NCBI GenBank assembly: GCA_049971805.1
Contig: JBMFKU010000004.1
Coordinates: forward strand, 1-64,000
Source of the DNA: Caldisphaera sp.
GTDB lineage: Archaea > Thermoproteota > Thermoprotei_A > Sulfolobales > Acidilobaceae
DNA: 64,000 bases
Reading direction: 5' to 3'
Shown here: positions 31,094 to 41,764 of the stretch, piece after piece
How the letters are laid out: the number at the start of each line of letters is the position of its first letter
Position numbering within the stretch: the stretch's first letter is position 1
Position numbers and translations under genes: made by a program
Notes under the pieces: model-generated
What the model was told of the DNA's origin: nothing
The model's input: the letters and a program-made list of their open reading frames with translations, nothing else
The model's database searches: none

Positions 31094-32212
31094 TTATCTA
31101 TTATATGCTTTTGTTCTTTTTGAATTTTTCTCAATATAATCAACATTAACCTCTACTCCTATCCCTGGCTTTTCTGGTGCTGTAATGGTACCATCTTTAT
31201 TTAATATCCATGGCGGATCAACTATATCTTTTTCATAATATTTATCGCTTGCACTTATATCGCTAGGATATTTTACTCCTGGTAATGTTGCGGCAGCAAC
31301 TAAATGCCCTCTACCAATCCCTGTTTCTAGCATACCGCCTATCCAAACTGGTCTATTGGCTACCTTATACCAAAAATCATGTATCTTAGTTGTTTCACTT
31401 AATCCTCCAACTCTGCCTGGCTTTATATTTATAATCATAGCAGAACCTAATTGGTATGCTTTCCTTGCATCGTTTACATCCTCTATGCTTTCGTCTAAAC
31501 AAATTGGTGTCTTAATATGTTTTGCTAACTCTGCATGATCTACTAAATCCTTCCAATGTAAAGGTTGTTCGACCATTAACAATTTATATTCATCAATTTT
31601 TCTAAACAATTCCATATCTGTAATTTTGTAAGCAGAGTTTGCATCTACTTGAAATGGCAAATTATAACCAAATTCTTCCCTTACTTTACTAATAGGCTCT
31701 AAATCATAACCTGGCTTAATTTTAATTTTAATTCTTCTATATCCCTTTTCTAAAAAATAACCAACCCTTTTTATTAGTTCACCAGTGTTCTTTTGAATTC
31801 CTATACTTACACCGCTCACAATATATTTGTTTTCTCCACCTAAATATTTCCATAAAGGTTTGCTATTTAATTTTGCCTCTAAGTCCCACAAAGCCATTTC
31901 AAGACCTGCTTTAGCCATATTATGGCCTCTTATATTAGATACAAGCTCATTATATTTTTCTGTATTTAAATCTTTTTCATTAATAATCTTTGGTATAATA
32001 AATTCATTCAATATATGCCATGCTGTTTCCCAAGTTTCATAGCTATACCAAGGTCCCTCGCCTGCAACTGATTCTGCCCACCCTTCTTCACCGCTTTTAT
32101 CTTCAACTCTTATTAATAATGCTGGTCTTTCAACAGTTTTACCAAAACTTGTTTCAAAGTCTTCTTTTAGTTTAACCCATAGCTCATATAAATCTATTCT
32201 TTTTATATCCAT
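31094..32212 (-). CDS. Enolase-superfamily OSBS/N-succinylamino acid racemase
   Basis: FETSFG, KIKIKPG, DANSAY, EQP, LDES, NIKPGRVGG, GGMLETGIG. Confidence 0.9.
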   Translation of the reverse strand: MDIKRIDLYELWVKLKEDFETSFGKTVERPALLIRVEDKSGEEGWAESVAGEGPWYSYETWETAWHILNEFIIPKIINEKDLNTEKYNELVSNIRGHNMAKAGLEMALWDLEAKLNSKPLWKYLGGENKYIVSGVSIGIQKNTGELIKRVGYFLEKGYRRIKIKIKPGYDLEPISKVREEFGYNLPFQVDANSAYKITDMELFRKIDEYKLLMVEQPLHWKDLVDHAELAKHIKTPICLDESIEDVNDARKAYQLGSAMIINIKPGRVGGLSETTKIHDFWYKVANRPVWIGGMLETGIGRGHLVAAATLPGVKYPSDISASDKYYEKDIVDPPWILNKDGTITAPEKPGIGVEVNVDYIEKNSKRTKAYNR

Positions 32213-33081
32213 GTATTACCACCCAATAAACTGTTTAGATCCGTCTTTAATAAAACTACATAACCATATTTTTCCTTATTTTTAGCAAATCCAACTGCTA
32301 TGTATCCATTGCTTAAATAGAATTTATAGGCCTCTCTAGTATAAGATCTCCATAAATTAGCTATATTTTTATCAAAATTCTTTATCTTTGAAATTTCTCT
32401 GGGTATAGCTATCAAAATTATCTTCTTTAGATCAAAATTCTTCCTTATTGGTATCTCTATATTTGATTCAATTGATCTATCTAATGCTATATTTATATCT
32501 TTCTTAGTTAATTCCTCTATTGATGGAGTCTTTAATGCACTTCTTAATTTATTTAAAACATAGTTAGATGATATATACCATTCTGCTTCAAATCTATCTG
32601 TATCTAATCCTTCATTAATTGAATCTCTTATATTGCCATAATAGTTTTCTTTATATATTCTGGCGATAGCTCCTAGCTTTTCTAAATTAAAGTTAAGGTT
32701 TAAACCTTGCAATGGATCAAAGGTCCATTTAATAACTTTAATTCCCATTTTTAGAACTTCTTCTCTTTGATATAATTTTAGCTGATACCCGATGTTTTTG
32801 TATTTTTTATCTTCTAAAACCCCTGTCATGTGACTATAAAAATATTGTGATTCTCCACAACCTACAATCCAACCCATTGAAAAACCAATCATAGTTTCTT
32901 TATCATATGCTCCTATTATTAATCCTCCATTTTCATTTATGGCTTTTAAAACATGAACTGGTGTAGTCTCTTTATAATCTGGCATTCCCCAAGCAGATTT
33001 TTCTATTTCAACAATTTTTTCAAGATCTCTTACATCATATATTTTTCTTATTTTGACTGGTTCTTTCAAGGATTTCACCAA
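32203..33081 (-). CDS. GNAT-family acyltransferase (NSAR-linked succinyltransferase-like)
   Basis: YSHMTGV, LKLYQR, WTFDPLQ..N..KLGA, TDRFEAEW; overlaps the racemase gene. Confidence 0.85.
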   Translation of the reverse strand: MVKSLKEPVKIRKIYDVRDLEKIVEIEKSAWGMPDYKETTPVHVLKAINENGGLIIGAYDKETMIGFSMGWIVGCGESQYFYSHMTGVLEDKKYKNIGYQLKLYQREEVLKMGIKVIKWTFDPLQGLNLNFNLEKLGAIARIYKENYYGNIRDSINEGLDTDRFEAEWYISSNYVLNKLRSALKTPSIEELTKKDINIALDRSIESNIEIPIRKNFDLKKIILIAIPREISKIKNFDKNIANLWRSYTREAYKFYLSNGYIAVGFAKNKEKYGYVVLLKTDLNSLLGGNTWI

Positions 33082-33210
33082 AATAAATTGTTTTATTTTT
33101 AAATTTAAACTTTATTGTAAGACGATATTTTAAGCTAATAATATCATATATAGCTTTATATATAAGTTTATTAAAAATGAGTATCACATCTTATTATTCT
33201 GGGTATTAGG

Positions 33211-34200
33211 ATGGAATACAGAGAATTTGGAAAAACAAAGCTAAAAATAAGTAAAGTTGGTCTAGGTTTTATGGAGATAGGATCAACATCATGGAAAGGT
33301 AAAGTTGAGAAATCTATAGAAATAATAAAGGCAGCTCTTGAAGTGGGAATTAACTTTTTTGATACAGCTGAAATTTATGGAGATGGTAAAAGCGAACAAT
33401 CTCTTGGATTAGCTTTAAGAGAACTAAAGCATGCTGATAATGTTATTATTGCAACTAAAGTTGGTGGTTTTAGGCCTACTCGGTATTTTATAGAAAAAGG
33501 TATTATCGGCTCTATAAGAAGGCTTGGCATAAAGCCAACTTTATTGCAACTACATTGGCCTCCTCCTTCATGGATACCATTATGTGAAACAATAAAAGGT
33601 TTAGAAAAAATGATAGATAAAGGATTTGTTGACTATATAGGGGTATCAAATTTTTCTGGCAAGTTACTTAGCAAGGCACTTCATTGCACTAAAAAATATG
33701 AAATAATATCAGATCAAATAGAATACAATCTTGTCTATAGAACTCCTGAAATAGATTTGATACCTTTAGCTCAAAAAGAAAGAATTGAAATAATTGCATA
33801 TAGTCCTTTAGCAAAAGGAGCTTTAGCTGGCATAAAAAAACCCACAGCAATAGCTCAAAGATTTGATGGAAAATTCAAAAAAATTATAGAAGATAAAGAA
33901 TTGTTTGGCGTAATAGAAAAAATAAGTCAAGAAAAGAATGTAAAAAAATCACAGATTGCCTTAGTATGGCTAATAAATAAAAATTCTTTACCAATACCAG
34001 GAACAAGAAATTCTGAAAGAGTTTTTGATTTTGCTGATTCTGTTAACATTTATTTAGATAGCAAAGAATTAAATTTGTTAGACAAGGTCTCGTACAGATA
34101 TATTACTATTTGGGGAAACGAGTATAGTAATTTAAAAAGCTTGAGGTATGTTCCATGTGTTTTACAGTACATAGGTATAAAAGCAATTGGAGGGGTTTAA
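33211..34200 (+). CDS. Aldo/keto reductase
   Basis: DTAEIYG, IATK, LHWP, IGVSNF, AYSPL, PIPG. Confidence 0.92.
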   Translation: MEYREFGKTKLKISKVGLGFMEIGSTSWKGKVEKSIEIIKAALEVGINFFDTAEIYGDGKSEQSLGLALRELKHADNVIIATKVGGFRPTRYFIEKGIIGSIRRLGIKPTLLQLHWPPPSWIPLCETIKGLEKMIDKGFVDYIGVSNFSGKLLSKALHCTKKYEIISDQIEYNLVYRTPEIDLIPLAQKERIEIIAYSPLAKGALAGIKKPTAIAQRFDGKFKKIIEDKELFGVIEKISQEKNVKKSQIALVWLINKNSLPIPGTRNSERVFDFADSVNIYLDSKELNLLDKVSYRYITIWGNEYSNLKSLRYVPCVLQYIGIKAIGGV

Positions 34201-34338
34201 TTAAATGTATTAACAATTTTTAAGATTGATGGTACAATAAAATGCTAATTATTATTTCGCTCGAACATGCTATTATTAGCTCATTTAAATTCACTTTAAT
34301 AAACCTATAAATTTTGAGTTACTACTATTAGTAGTAAG

Positions 34339-34983
34339 GTGGTAAGCATGAAAAATTCTGAAGTTTTAAGAGAAAGTGTTGGTGATCTGTGGGATAATTA
34401 TATAAGGCATAAGTTTGTTTTAGATATGAAAGAAGGTACCTTGCCATTAGATAACTTTAAATATTTTATGATTCAAGACTCTAAGTATGTTAATATAATG
34501 CTAAGGTCATTGCTAAATGCATCTAGTAAGGGACCATTAAGTGATGTAATTAATATATTAAATGCTATCTTTGGATCAAGAGATAAAGGATTAGAGGCAG
34601 AAAGTGAAATTCTGAGTAAATTAGGCATCGATGAATCGACTATAAATAACACCGGTTATAATTTAATTAACTATGCATATACAAGACATTTATTTTATTA
34701 TTCTAACTTAGGATGGGATTATTTTTTAGCTGCATGGACTCCTTGTATGTGGGGATACATTTTTGTGGGGAAGATTGTAAAGGATTCGCCCAATGAAATC
34801 TATAAGACTTGGGCATCATTTTATGCTTCAAAGGATTATGAAAATAGAGTTAAAGTTATTTTAGATGCATTAAATTCCATCAAAATAAATAACACATTAA
34901 AGGAAATCTTTAAAGATAGTGTAAATTTTGAGATAATGTTTTGGGATGCATCGCTAAGAAAAGATCCAACAAATATTTTTTAA
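34339..34983 (+). CDS. tenA: TenA/thiaminase II family protein
   Basis: HKFV..GTL..F..QD, YTRH, PCMWGY, W..FY, FEIMFW. Confidence 0.88.
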   Translation: MVSMKNSEVLRESVGDLWDNYIRHKFVLDMKEGTLPLDNFKYFMIQDSKYVNIMLRSLLNASSKGPLSDVINILNAIFGSRDKGLEAESEILSKLGIDESTINNTGYNLINYAYTRHLFYYSNLGWDYFLAAWTPCMWGYIFVGKIVKDSPNEIYKTWASFYASKDYENRVKVILDALNSIKINNTLKEIFKDSVNFEIMFWDASLRKDPTNIF

Positions 34984-36158
34984 ATGGCTTTAAATCTTTC
35001 ATCCCATTGCTCATATATTTTTAGCATTTCTTTGCTAACACTAGGCTTTCTCGATCTTATTGCCTCTGAAAAATCTTCAATAGTTAATGGTCTAACCACA
35101 TCGCTTTTACCATCTGATTCAAAATATTCTCTTACAGATCTCATATAAGCATCTTGGACTATATCCCTTATATCGCTCCCTGAATAGCCATCCAACAGAT
35201 CGGCTAATCTATCAAAATCAACACTATTATCTAACTTTATTTTAGATGTTAACATATCTAAAAGTTTAATTCTGGCTTCTTTGTTAGGTAATGGAACATA
35301 TATTCTCTTCTGGAATCTTCTTATAAATGGCTCATCTAATGCCCATGGTTTATTTGTAGCACCTATAACGTATACGTGCAGTGTTTGAGATTTATCCTGT
35401 AATCCATCCATTTCTTTCAGGAATTGATTTCTTACTCTAACTTCTCCTCCTACCTCATTGGAATGCACTCCTAATAACGCATCTAGTTCATCTATAAATA
35501 TTATAACAGGACTTTTTTCGGATGCTTTACTTCTGGCATAATCAAAAACCTTTCTTACATTTTTTTCTCCTTCTCCTAGCCATTTACTCATTATATTAGT
35601 TGCATCCAGATATATGAATTCGCCCTTTATTTCGTTTGTGACAGCTGCTGCAAGCATTGTTTTTCCTGTTCCTGGAGGCCCATAAAGCAATATACCTCTA
35701 GGCCAGCCTAGAGGGAATAGATCAGGCCTTTTGACTGGATATATTATTGCCTCTCTTATAGCCCTTTTTGCATCATCTAAACCAGCTATATCATCAAATG
35801 TTACGCTAGGTTTCTCTTTTAATACAAATTCAGGTAAGTTTTCTACTATAGAATTACCCTTTATTTCAACTTTAATTTCATCAGGTAAACCTTCTCCTAT
35901 AGCCTGACTTGCTTTACTCTCTATGTACTTTAGTCTTAGGTTTAGCTCATAAATAGTCTTTTTATATAGTTTGGTCATAGGATGTTCTGGATAGTTTCTT
36001 ACTATTTCCTCTAATGCTTCAATACCCTTCTTATATTTATCAATTGCTGTCTCATAATCCTTATTTCTTTCAGCGTCTAATGCTTCTTGTATTTTCCTTC
36101 TAGCAGTTTGCTCCAACATAGCGACTGGGTTAGTTTCATTCATATTTTCTTCCTCCAA
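34980..36158 (-). CDS. cdvC: Vps4-like cell division AAA ATPase with MIT domain
   Basis: N-terminal MIT helices, FPLGWPRGILLYGPPGTGKT, GGEVRVRNQFLKEMDG. Confidence 0.92.
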   Translation of the reverse strand: MEEENMNETNPVAMLEQTARRKIQEALDAERNKDYETAIDKYKKGIEALEEIVRNYPEHPMTKLYKKTIYELNLRLKYIESKASQAIGEGLPDEIKVEIKGNSIVENLPEFVLKEKPSVTFDDIAGLDDAKRAIREAIIYPVKRPDLFPLGWPRGILLYGPPGTGKTMLAAAVTNEIKGEFIYLDATNIMSKWLGEGEKNVRKVFDYARSKASEKSPVIIFIDELDALLGVHSNEVGGEVRVRNQFLKEMDGLQDKSQTLHVYVIGATNKPWALDEPFIRRFQKRIYVPLPNKEARIKLLDMLTSKIKLDNSVDFDRLADLLDGYSGSDIRDIVQDAYMRSVREYFESDGKSDVVRPLTIEDFSEAIRSRKPSVSKEMLKIYEQWDERFKAI

Positions 36159-36206
36159 TACTATTAGTTATCAAAAAATTTGGTTTAAAGACTGAACGGC
36201 TATTCG

Positions 36207-36992
36207 CTAAGTGGTTTGTTGAGTTGGTAAATCTACCTTAATTATACCTCTTGCTTCCAATCTATATAGAGTGTCCTTAATTATATTTAATGGTATACCT
36301 AATTCCTGTGAAGCCTTCTTTAAACTCAATACCCCATTTGTTTGCCTTATATAGTCTAGGACCTTTCTTTCTATAACTTCTGGATCAAAAGAATCTGGCA
36401 CTCTTGGGGATAATTGATCAGCTTCTTTTTGAGCATTGGCCAGAGCATTGGCCATTAATTCACTTGCTTCTGGAAGTAACTCAGAAATGCTACTTCCTTG
36501 CGGGATTGCGTTTGTTATCACACCAGCCTTTCTTATAACGCCTTCTGTCGCTTCTATTACATTGCTTAAAGACGTTACCGCCTGCGGAGCCAATCCAGTC
36601 AAATATTCATCCATGGCGCTCATAGCATATTTTAATGGCCCAATTATTTTAATTATGGATTCTAAATTCCTTGTATCTTGAACTCTTCTGATTGCAAGTT
36701 CTATCATATTTCCATAGGCTAAGACAGCCTTTAGAACCTTTTTCTTTAATACAATTTCAGCCGCATTAATTTCCATGTTTTCTGTATCTTTAGATTTAGC
36801 AGAGCTGACCATTTTTTCATAATAACCTTGAATCTCGTTCACAAGGCTTGTTTTAACTCTATCAATTTCCATTTTCACTATGCTAAGTTGTGCTAATATT
36901 CCATCATAGTCTATTCCTTCTTCTTGTGATAAACTAGTTTCTTTATATGATTGCCCTCTAGCAAAGAATTTTTTCACTACATCTCCTATCAT
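36207..36992 (-). CDS. cdvB: ESCRT-III cell division protein with C-terminal winged helix
   Basis: Snf7-like helical core, C-terminal wHTH (VLDYIRQTNG..LEARGII); directly upstream of cdvC. Confidence 0.8.
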   Translation of the reverse strand: MIGDVVKKFFARGQSYKETSLSQEEGIDYDGILAQLSIVKMEIDRVKTSLVNEIQGYYEKMVSSAKSKDTENMEINAAEIVLKKKVLKAVLAYGNMIELAIRRVQDTRNLESIIKIIGPLKYAMSAMDEYLTGLAPQAVTSLSNVIEATEGVIRKAGVITNAIPQGSSISELLPEASELMANALANAQKEADQLSPRVPDSFDPEVIERKVLDYIRQTNGVLSLKKASQELGIPLNIIKDTLYRLEARGIIKVDLPTQQTT

Positions 36993-37142
36993 TTTTTATC
37001 CCTCAACTCTATTATTATTTATAATAATAACAGAAATCTTTAACAGTGCTTCCTGGTAACACCATATAAATACTATCTTGATAAATAAGCAATGAACTAA
37101 CTCTAAGGAGTGGAATGGTTAGTTCTTTATTAGCTTTGAAAA

Positions 37143-37868
37143 TTAGAGTTTATTAGCTATTTCTGGCCTCATTGACCCTGAAAGCAATAAAAGTATACCT
37201 GTTATTAATAAAGATGAATCAAATATATTCCATTTTAATAATATAATTAACAATATAGATATAGAGGATATAAAAGCTCCTCCCATTACAAGTCCTGCAT
37301 CTGTTGTAAATGGACATACTGCATTTTCTTGCCTAAAGTAGAATGCCATAATTGAGGATATTAGAGCTGAAGAAGCTAGCCCAACAACTGGATTAAAGAA
37401 TATAGATAATATTGGCAAGATTACAATAATGAATGAGTGTAATCTTTTCGTAACAAATCCTAAAGAGATTGTGGATATTAGTAAAAAAGAGAAATAGAGT
37501 AATTTTTCAATCATTCCTGAGGTAATAAATGCAAGTAAAGATGATATTAGTAATGAAGAAGTAACTAGCGTTTTGAATTCTTTTATAGAACTATATATTA
37601 ATAAAATTGTTAATGGAATAAATGCAATAAGCTTTATTGGAGAAAGAATTACTATAATTAAAGCAATTATTGCTAAAGATATGTAAATTAAATAGTTTTT
37701 TAAACTTAGTAAGGTTATTGGCTCAATAATAGTAATTAGAAATACTGCCGATGATAGTATTATTATAGGCGAGAAGAATATAGATAATGTAAATAAAAAT
37801 GCTGATATTGCATAGAACACACATACATACAGCCAAACTCCTTTGCAATAGTTGCTCATAAATTTCAC
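37143..37868 (-). CDS. Polytopic membrane protein of unknown function
   Basis: Almost wholly hydrophobic; CPF motif; abuts the heme O synthase gene. Confidence 0.7.
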   Translation of the reverse strand: MKFMSNYCKGVWLYVCVFYAISAFLFTLSIFFSPIIILSSAVFLITIIEPITLLSLKNYLIYISLAIIALIIVILSPIKLIAFIPLTILLIYSSIKEFKTLVTSSLLISSLLAFITSGMIEKLLYFSFLLISTISLGFVTKRLHSFIIVILPILSIFFNPVVGLASSALISSIMAFYFRQENAVCPFTTDAGLVMGGAFISSISILLIILLKWNIFDSSLLITGILLLLSGSMRPEIANKL

Positions 37869-38720
37869 CTAGTAAAATCTTGCTAATACAAAGATAACCA
37901 CTACTACTGAATTTGCAAATTTAAATATAGATAAGGCATCATTTTTAGAAGGTTTACTAACAAACTTTCTGATTTTTAAAAGCGCAATTATTACAAGTAT
38001 TGTTGATATAGAAGCAGCTATTAGCCCCCTATCTAGCAATAAGTAAAAAATCCATGCAATTATAGCTAAAGAAGCTACAGACATCATTACTATATTTCCA
38101 AAGGTTTTTTCATTTGAAACTACTGATAGCATGGGAATTGAAGCATTTTTGTAGTCTTCTAAATGATAATAGGCTATAAACCAAATGTGCATGGGAATCC
38201 AAGCTATTATTATAAGGGCTAATAATATCCCACCTATTCCATAACTGCCTGTCGCTGCAGCCCACCCTCCCAAGGAAGGCATCGCACCTGCTATCCCACC
38301 TAGCCATATATTCATAGTTGTGCTTCTTTTAGTAAGTTCCGTATACCCTATTATATCGAAGAAAAGGCCAAGAATAATTGCATATACAACGTATTTATTT
38401 ATAAAATCAGCCGCAATAATTCCAATTAAAATTAATATAGTAATGCCTGCAATAGCTTCTGCATTACTTAATTGATGAGATGGTAAAGGTCTATTTTGAG
38501 TTCTTTTCATTATTGAATCTATATCAGTCTCTAAATACATATTAAGAGCCGTAACTCCTCCAATGCCTCCAACCCCGATGGCAATCAGCAATAAAACATC
38601 TCTTACATTAACTGGCTTACAGGCTGCAAAATAAGCACCATAAACTGTTAATAGTAATAAACCTAACTGTGCTGGTTTTGTCATATTAAATAATGCCTTT
38701 ACTTTTTTTGCCAGCCTCAT
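37869..38720 (-). CDS. ctaB: Protoheme IX farnesyltransferase (heme O synthase, UbiA family)
   Basis: NMYLETDIDSIMKRTQNRPLP, GGIAGAMP, WIPMH, DYKNASIPML. Confidence 0.9.
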   Translation of the reverse strand: MRLAKKVKALFNMTKPAQLGLLLLTVYGAYFAACKPVNVRDVLLLIAIGVGGIGGVTALNMYLETDIDSIMKRTQNRPLPSHQLSNAEAIAGITILILIGIIAADFINKYVVYAIILGLFFDIIGYTELTKRSTTMNIWLGGIAGAMPSLGGWAAATGSYGIGGILLALIIIAWIPMHIWFIAYYHLEDYKNASIPMLSVVSNEKTFGNIVMMSVASLAIIAWIFYLLLDRGLIAASISTILVIIALLKIRKFVSKPSKNDALSIFKFANSVVVVIFVLARFY

Positions 38721-38828
38721 TGTTTTCCCCGTTTTTTAAATCTTGTTTATCTTAAATAGATAAATTTATACTTAACTAAACATTAAAAGAGAAAATTTAA
38801 CGCTCTTAATAAACATCGCAATTTATGA

Positions 38829-39887
38829 TTAAAAATTGCTTAACGCTTTCTTTGGCAATAAAATTCTGAGATCTTTGCCATTACTAACAAACTCTTTGGT
38901 ATCGATTCTGTACAAAGTGTAAGGCCTTCTCAAGTAGTTAACTTTAATAAAGGCCTTTATAGCATTTTGAACAGCTAATTCTTTTGGCTTTACCCTTATT
39001 GCTGATAATATATTAATACCAGGTAGTTTCCAGTTAATGCAAGGAATTAATGTTCCATCTGCTAATAATCTAACCCTCATGCACCCAGCACAAAAAATAG
39101 GATTATCATATGATTTTACTATTTCTACTCTAACATTATTGGGTAATATATAAATAGGTCTATTATGTAATTCCCTTCTTTCAACTTTTGCACCCTTTTT
39201 AATCAGCATATTTTCTATTAAATAAAGAGGATAATGTAGATCACTAAAATTATTAGCACCAGAATTTATTGGTTGCAGTTCTATTAATTGTAACATAATA
39301 TTTTTCTTTGAAGCAAAATCTATAAGGTCATAAATTTCATTATCATTTAATCCTTTTATAACTGAGACATTAATTTTTATCTTAAAATTATATTGTAAAG
39401 CCTCATCCAAGCCTTGCAAGGCTTTTTCTAAACCATCTACTCCGGTTATCTTTTTATAGATCTCTTTTTTCAATGAATGTATAGAAATATTTATCCTTTG
39501 AAGTCCTGCTTCGCTAAGCTCTTTAGCATATTTGCTTAATAGATATCCATTAGTAGTCATAGATATATCAGAATTACTTGCTGCCATATATATTGATTTA
39601 ATTATTTCAACAATATCATTTCTTACTAAAGGTTCTCCTCCAGTGATTTTAAATCCGTTTATACCAATTTTATCAGCAGCCTCTGCTATTATTTCATAGT
39701 CACTTGGATAGAGTAAAGGAGGAAAGGATCCTACCTTCTGTGGCTTTCCTATAGGATCTCCTTCTAAATGGCAAAATATACAGTTATAGTTGCACTCTCT
39801 GGTTACAGCCATTCTGAGATTTTGGAGTGGTCTTCCATATGAATCTATTAACTTATTTTCCTTTCTTCCTTTCTTAGTTTCTGACAT
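38829..39887 (-). CDS. moaA: GTP 3',8-cyclase (molybdopterin biosynthesis)
   Basis: DSYGR, CNYNCIFCH, TGGEPL, FCAGCMRVRL..G..PC. Confidence 0.93.
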   Translation of the reverse strand: MSETKKGRKENKLIDSYGRPLQNLRMAVTRECNYNCIFCHLEGDPIGKPQKVGSFPPLLYPSDYEIIAEAADKIGINGFKITGGEPLVRNDIVEIIKSIYMAASNSDISMTTNGYLLSKYAKELSEAGLQRINISIHSLKKEIYKKITGVDGLEKALQGLDEALQYNFKIKINVSVIKGLNDNEIYDLIDFASKKNIMLQLIELQPINSGANNFSDLHYPLYLIENMLIKKGAKVERRELHNRPIYILPNNVRVEIVKSYDNPIFCAGCMRVRLLADGTLIPCINWKLPGINILSAIRVKPKELAVQNAIKAFIKVNYLRRPYTLYRIDTKEFVSNGKDLRILLPKKALSNF

Positions 39888-40128
39888 TATTTATTCCTCT
39901 TTCTAATCTAATAAATATGCTTAAAACCCTTTAAATTCAAGTATTATTACCCGATTTAACCCTTATTCTAAAGGGATAGGTTAGGCTTGGAAATATTTAT
40001 TATCATTTTTATGAATTAAAAAATTATAAGTCTTTTCAAAAAAATTTAACCAAATTTAATATCTATTTATTGCTAAAAATAAACAACTTAATAAACTCTT
40101 TTTAAATATAAGATTACGAGGATCTAAA

Positions 40129-41049
40129 ATGAAAGGAGGAATAATAACAATACTATCACCTGATGAAAATAAAAGCAAAGAAATAGCATTAAAATTTGGA
40201 AAATTACAGGATAGCGGAGATATATTAATGTATTATAGAAAGCAAGGTGATTATATATTATCTACATTAGTTCCTAAAGAATACCCCAGTTCTATTATAA
40301 ACTCTATAAAGGCTTCATCATTATCAAATAAAATAATAATAGTTCATAATGAATATTTAGATTGGAGGGATGGAGAACTACTTCTATTAGCAAATTCAAC
40401 AGGAACTAAATCATTAGCAACACATAGCGATACAGATAAATTAAAAAAACTTATTGAATCATCAAACTTAAGTAACATAGAAATAAATAGATTCTTAGAT
40501 GAAAAATCAAATATAGAAGCTGTTGAACCAAGATATGAAAAATTCGTTTATATTGATAGATCTTTTACGGTAAAAGGAGTAGGTGCAGTTATGCTTGGAT
40601 TTAGCTTTATGGATATAAAAGTGCATGACACATTGATAGCATTGCCATCAATGCAAAGAGTTGAGATCAAAAATATTCAAGTTTTAGATGAAGATCAGGT
40701 CTCTGTTAATCCAGGAGTAAGAATAGGGATAGCGTTGAGAAATGTAAAGGCAGAAGACGTTAAAGATACATATGCGTTAGTTCCAGATGAAAACAATATA
40801 AAAAACAATATAAAGGATGAATTAATCAAATATCCATGGAGTGAAATTAAATTAGGTTCTACTTATCATTTTATAGCTGGTGGGATTTCTGTAACAGGCA
40901 TCATTAAAGCATATGAAAATAGGGAGATAGACGTAGAGCTTAGTAAACCTATTCCAAATATTAAGAGAATAATAATAGCTGATGTTAATGCTAAGAATAG
41001 AAAGCCTCGAATAATAGGTTATTTGAATACAAATTTTAATAAAGTATAA
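40129..41049 (+). CDS. SelB-like translation factor (aSelBL) with degenerate G domain
   Basis: IDRSFTVKGVGAVMLG, IQVLDEDQ..GVRIGIALRNV (EF-Tu domain II); no GxxxxGK. Confidence 0.8.
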   Translation: MKGGIITILSPDENKSKEIALKFGKLQDSGDILMYYRKQGDYILSTLVPKEYPSSIINSIKASSLSNKIIIVHNEYLDWRDGELLLLANSTGTKSLATHSDTDKLKKLIESSNLSNIEINRFLDEKSNIEAVEPRYEKFVYIDRSFTVKGVGAVMLGFSFMDIKVHDTLIALPSMQRVEIKNIQVLDEDQVSVNPGVRIGIALRNVKAEDVKDTYALVPDENNIKNNIKDELIKYPWSEIKLGSTYHFIAGGISVTGIIKAYENREIDVELSKPIPNIKRIIIADVNAKNRKPRIIGYLNTNFNKV

Positions 41050-41221
41050 TTCTTATATATACTTATATAATGAGATACTAAAAACTGTCTCTACTTTTTC
41101 TTTTGCCCTTGAATGTTAAATTTGCTTTTACTTTTATTATCATTTAATAGTTTTAATTAGAAAAGGAAACCTTTTAACTACTGCTTTCCAAAAAATTAAT
41201 TGCCCGTAAATGGGTTAGTAA

Positions 41222-41764
41222 ATGTGCGTGAGGAATGTAATCTTGAGTGAGGATAATAGTCGTAAGGTATCGGACCTCCGTGAGGGGGAAGATAATGTTT
41301 CTGTTAAAGTCAGGGTTTTAAGTATTAATGAACCAAAAGTAATTCATACGAAAAGAGGAGATAGAACAATAAGCGAAGCTATAGTCGGCGACGATAGCGG
41401 AAGAGTAAAACTTACAATGTGGGGAAATCAAGCTGGAAAAATTAGTGAGGGAGATGCAGTTGAATTAAAAGGGGCTTGGACTACTAGCTTTAAAGGAGAG
41501 GTTCAATTAAATATTGGATCACGTGGTGAAATTAACAAAATTGAGGACAAAAGCTTACCAAAATCAGAAGAAATTCCAGAGAACACACCTAAGGCTTCTG
41601 AATCTAGTTCAAGGAGTTATGGAAGATCAAGGGGAGGATATAGAAGAGGAGGAAGGAGCAACTACAGGGGAGGAACAAGGAGAGGAGGATTTTCTTCTTC
41701 ATCCTCGTTTGGAGGATCCGATGAAGAAGGTGGCAATGAAGGAAGCGAAGGAGAAGACGAGTAA
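41222..41764 (+). CDS. ssb: Crenarchaeal single-stranded DNA-binding protein
   Basis: Single OB fold (GDDSGRVKLTMWG, FKGEVQLNIG) with RGG-rich and acidic tail; true start may be TTG 41243. Confidence 0.92.
   Translation: MCVRNVILSEDNSRKVSDLREGEDNVSVKVRVLSINEPKVIHTKRGDRTISEAIVGDDSGRVKLTMWGNQAGKISEGDAVELKGAWTTSFKGEVQLNIGSRGEINKIEDKSLPKSEEIPENTPKASESSSRSYGRSRGGYRRGGRSNYRGGTRRGGFSSSSSFGGSDEEGGNEGSEGEDE

Noticed and set aside
39950-39992. Weak hairpins resembling IS200/IS605 ends (also 44418-44440 and 50241-50279)
   Set aside because: Too degenerate to call by eye
41600-41764. RGG-rich and acidic low-complexity tail of SSB as a novelty
   Set aside because: Known feature of crenarchaeal SSBs
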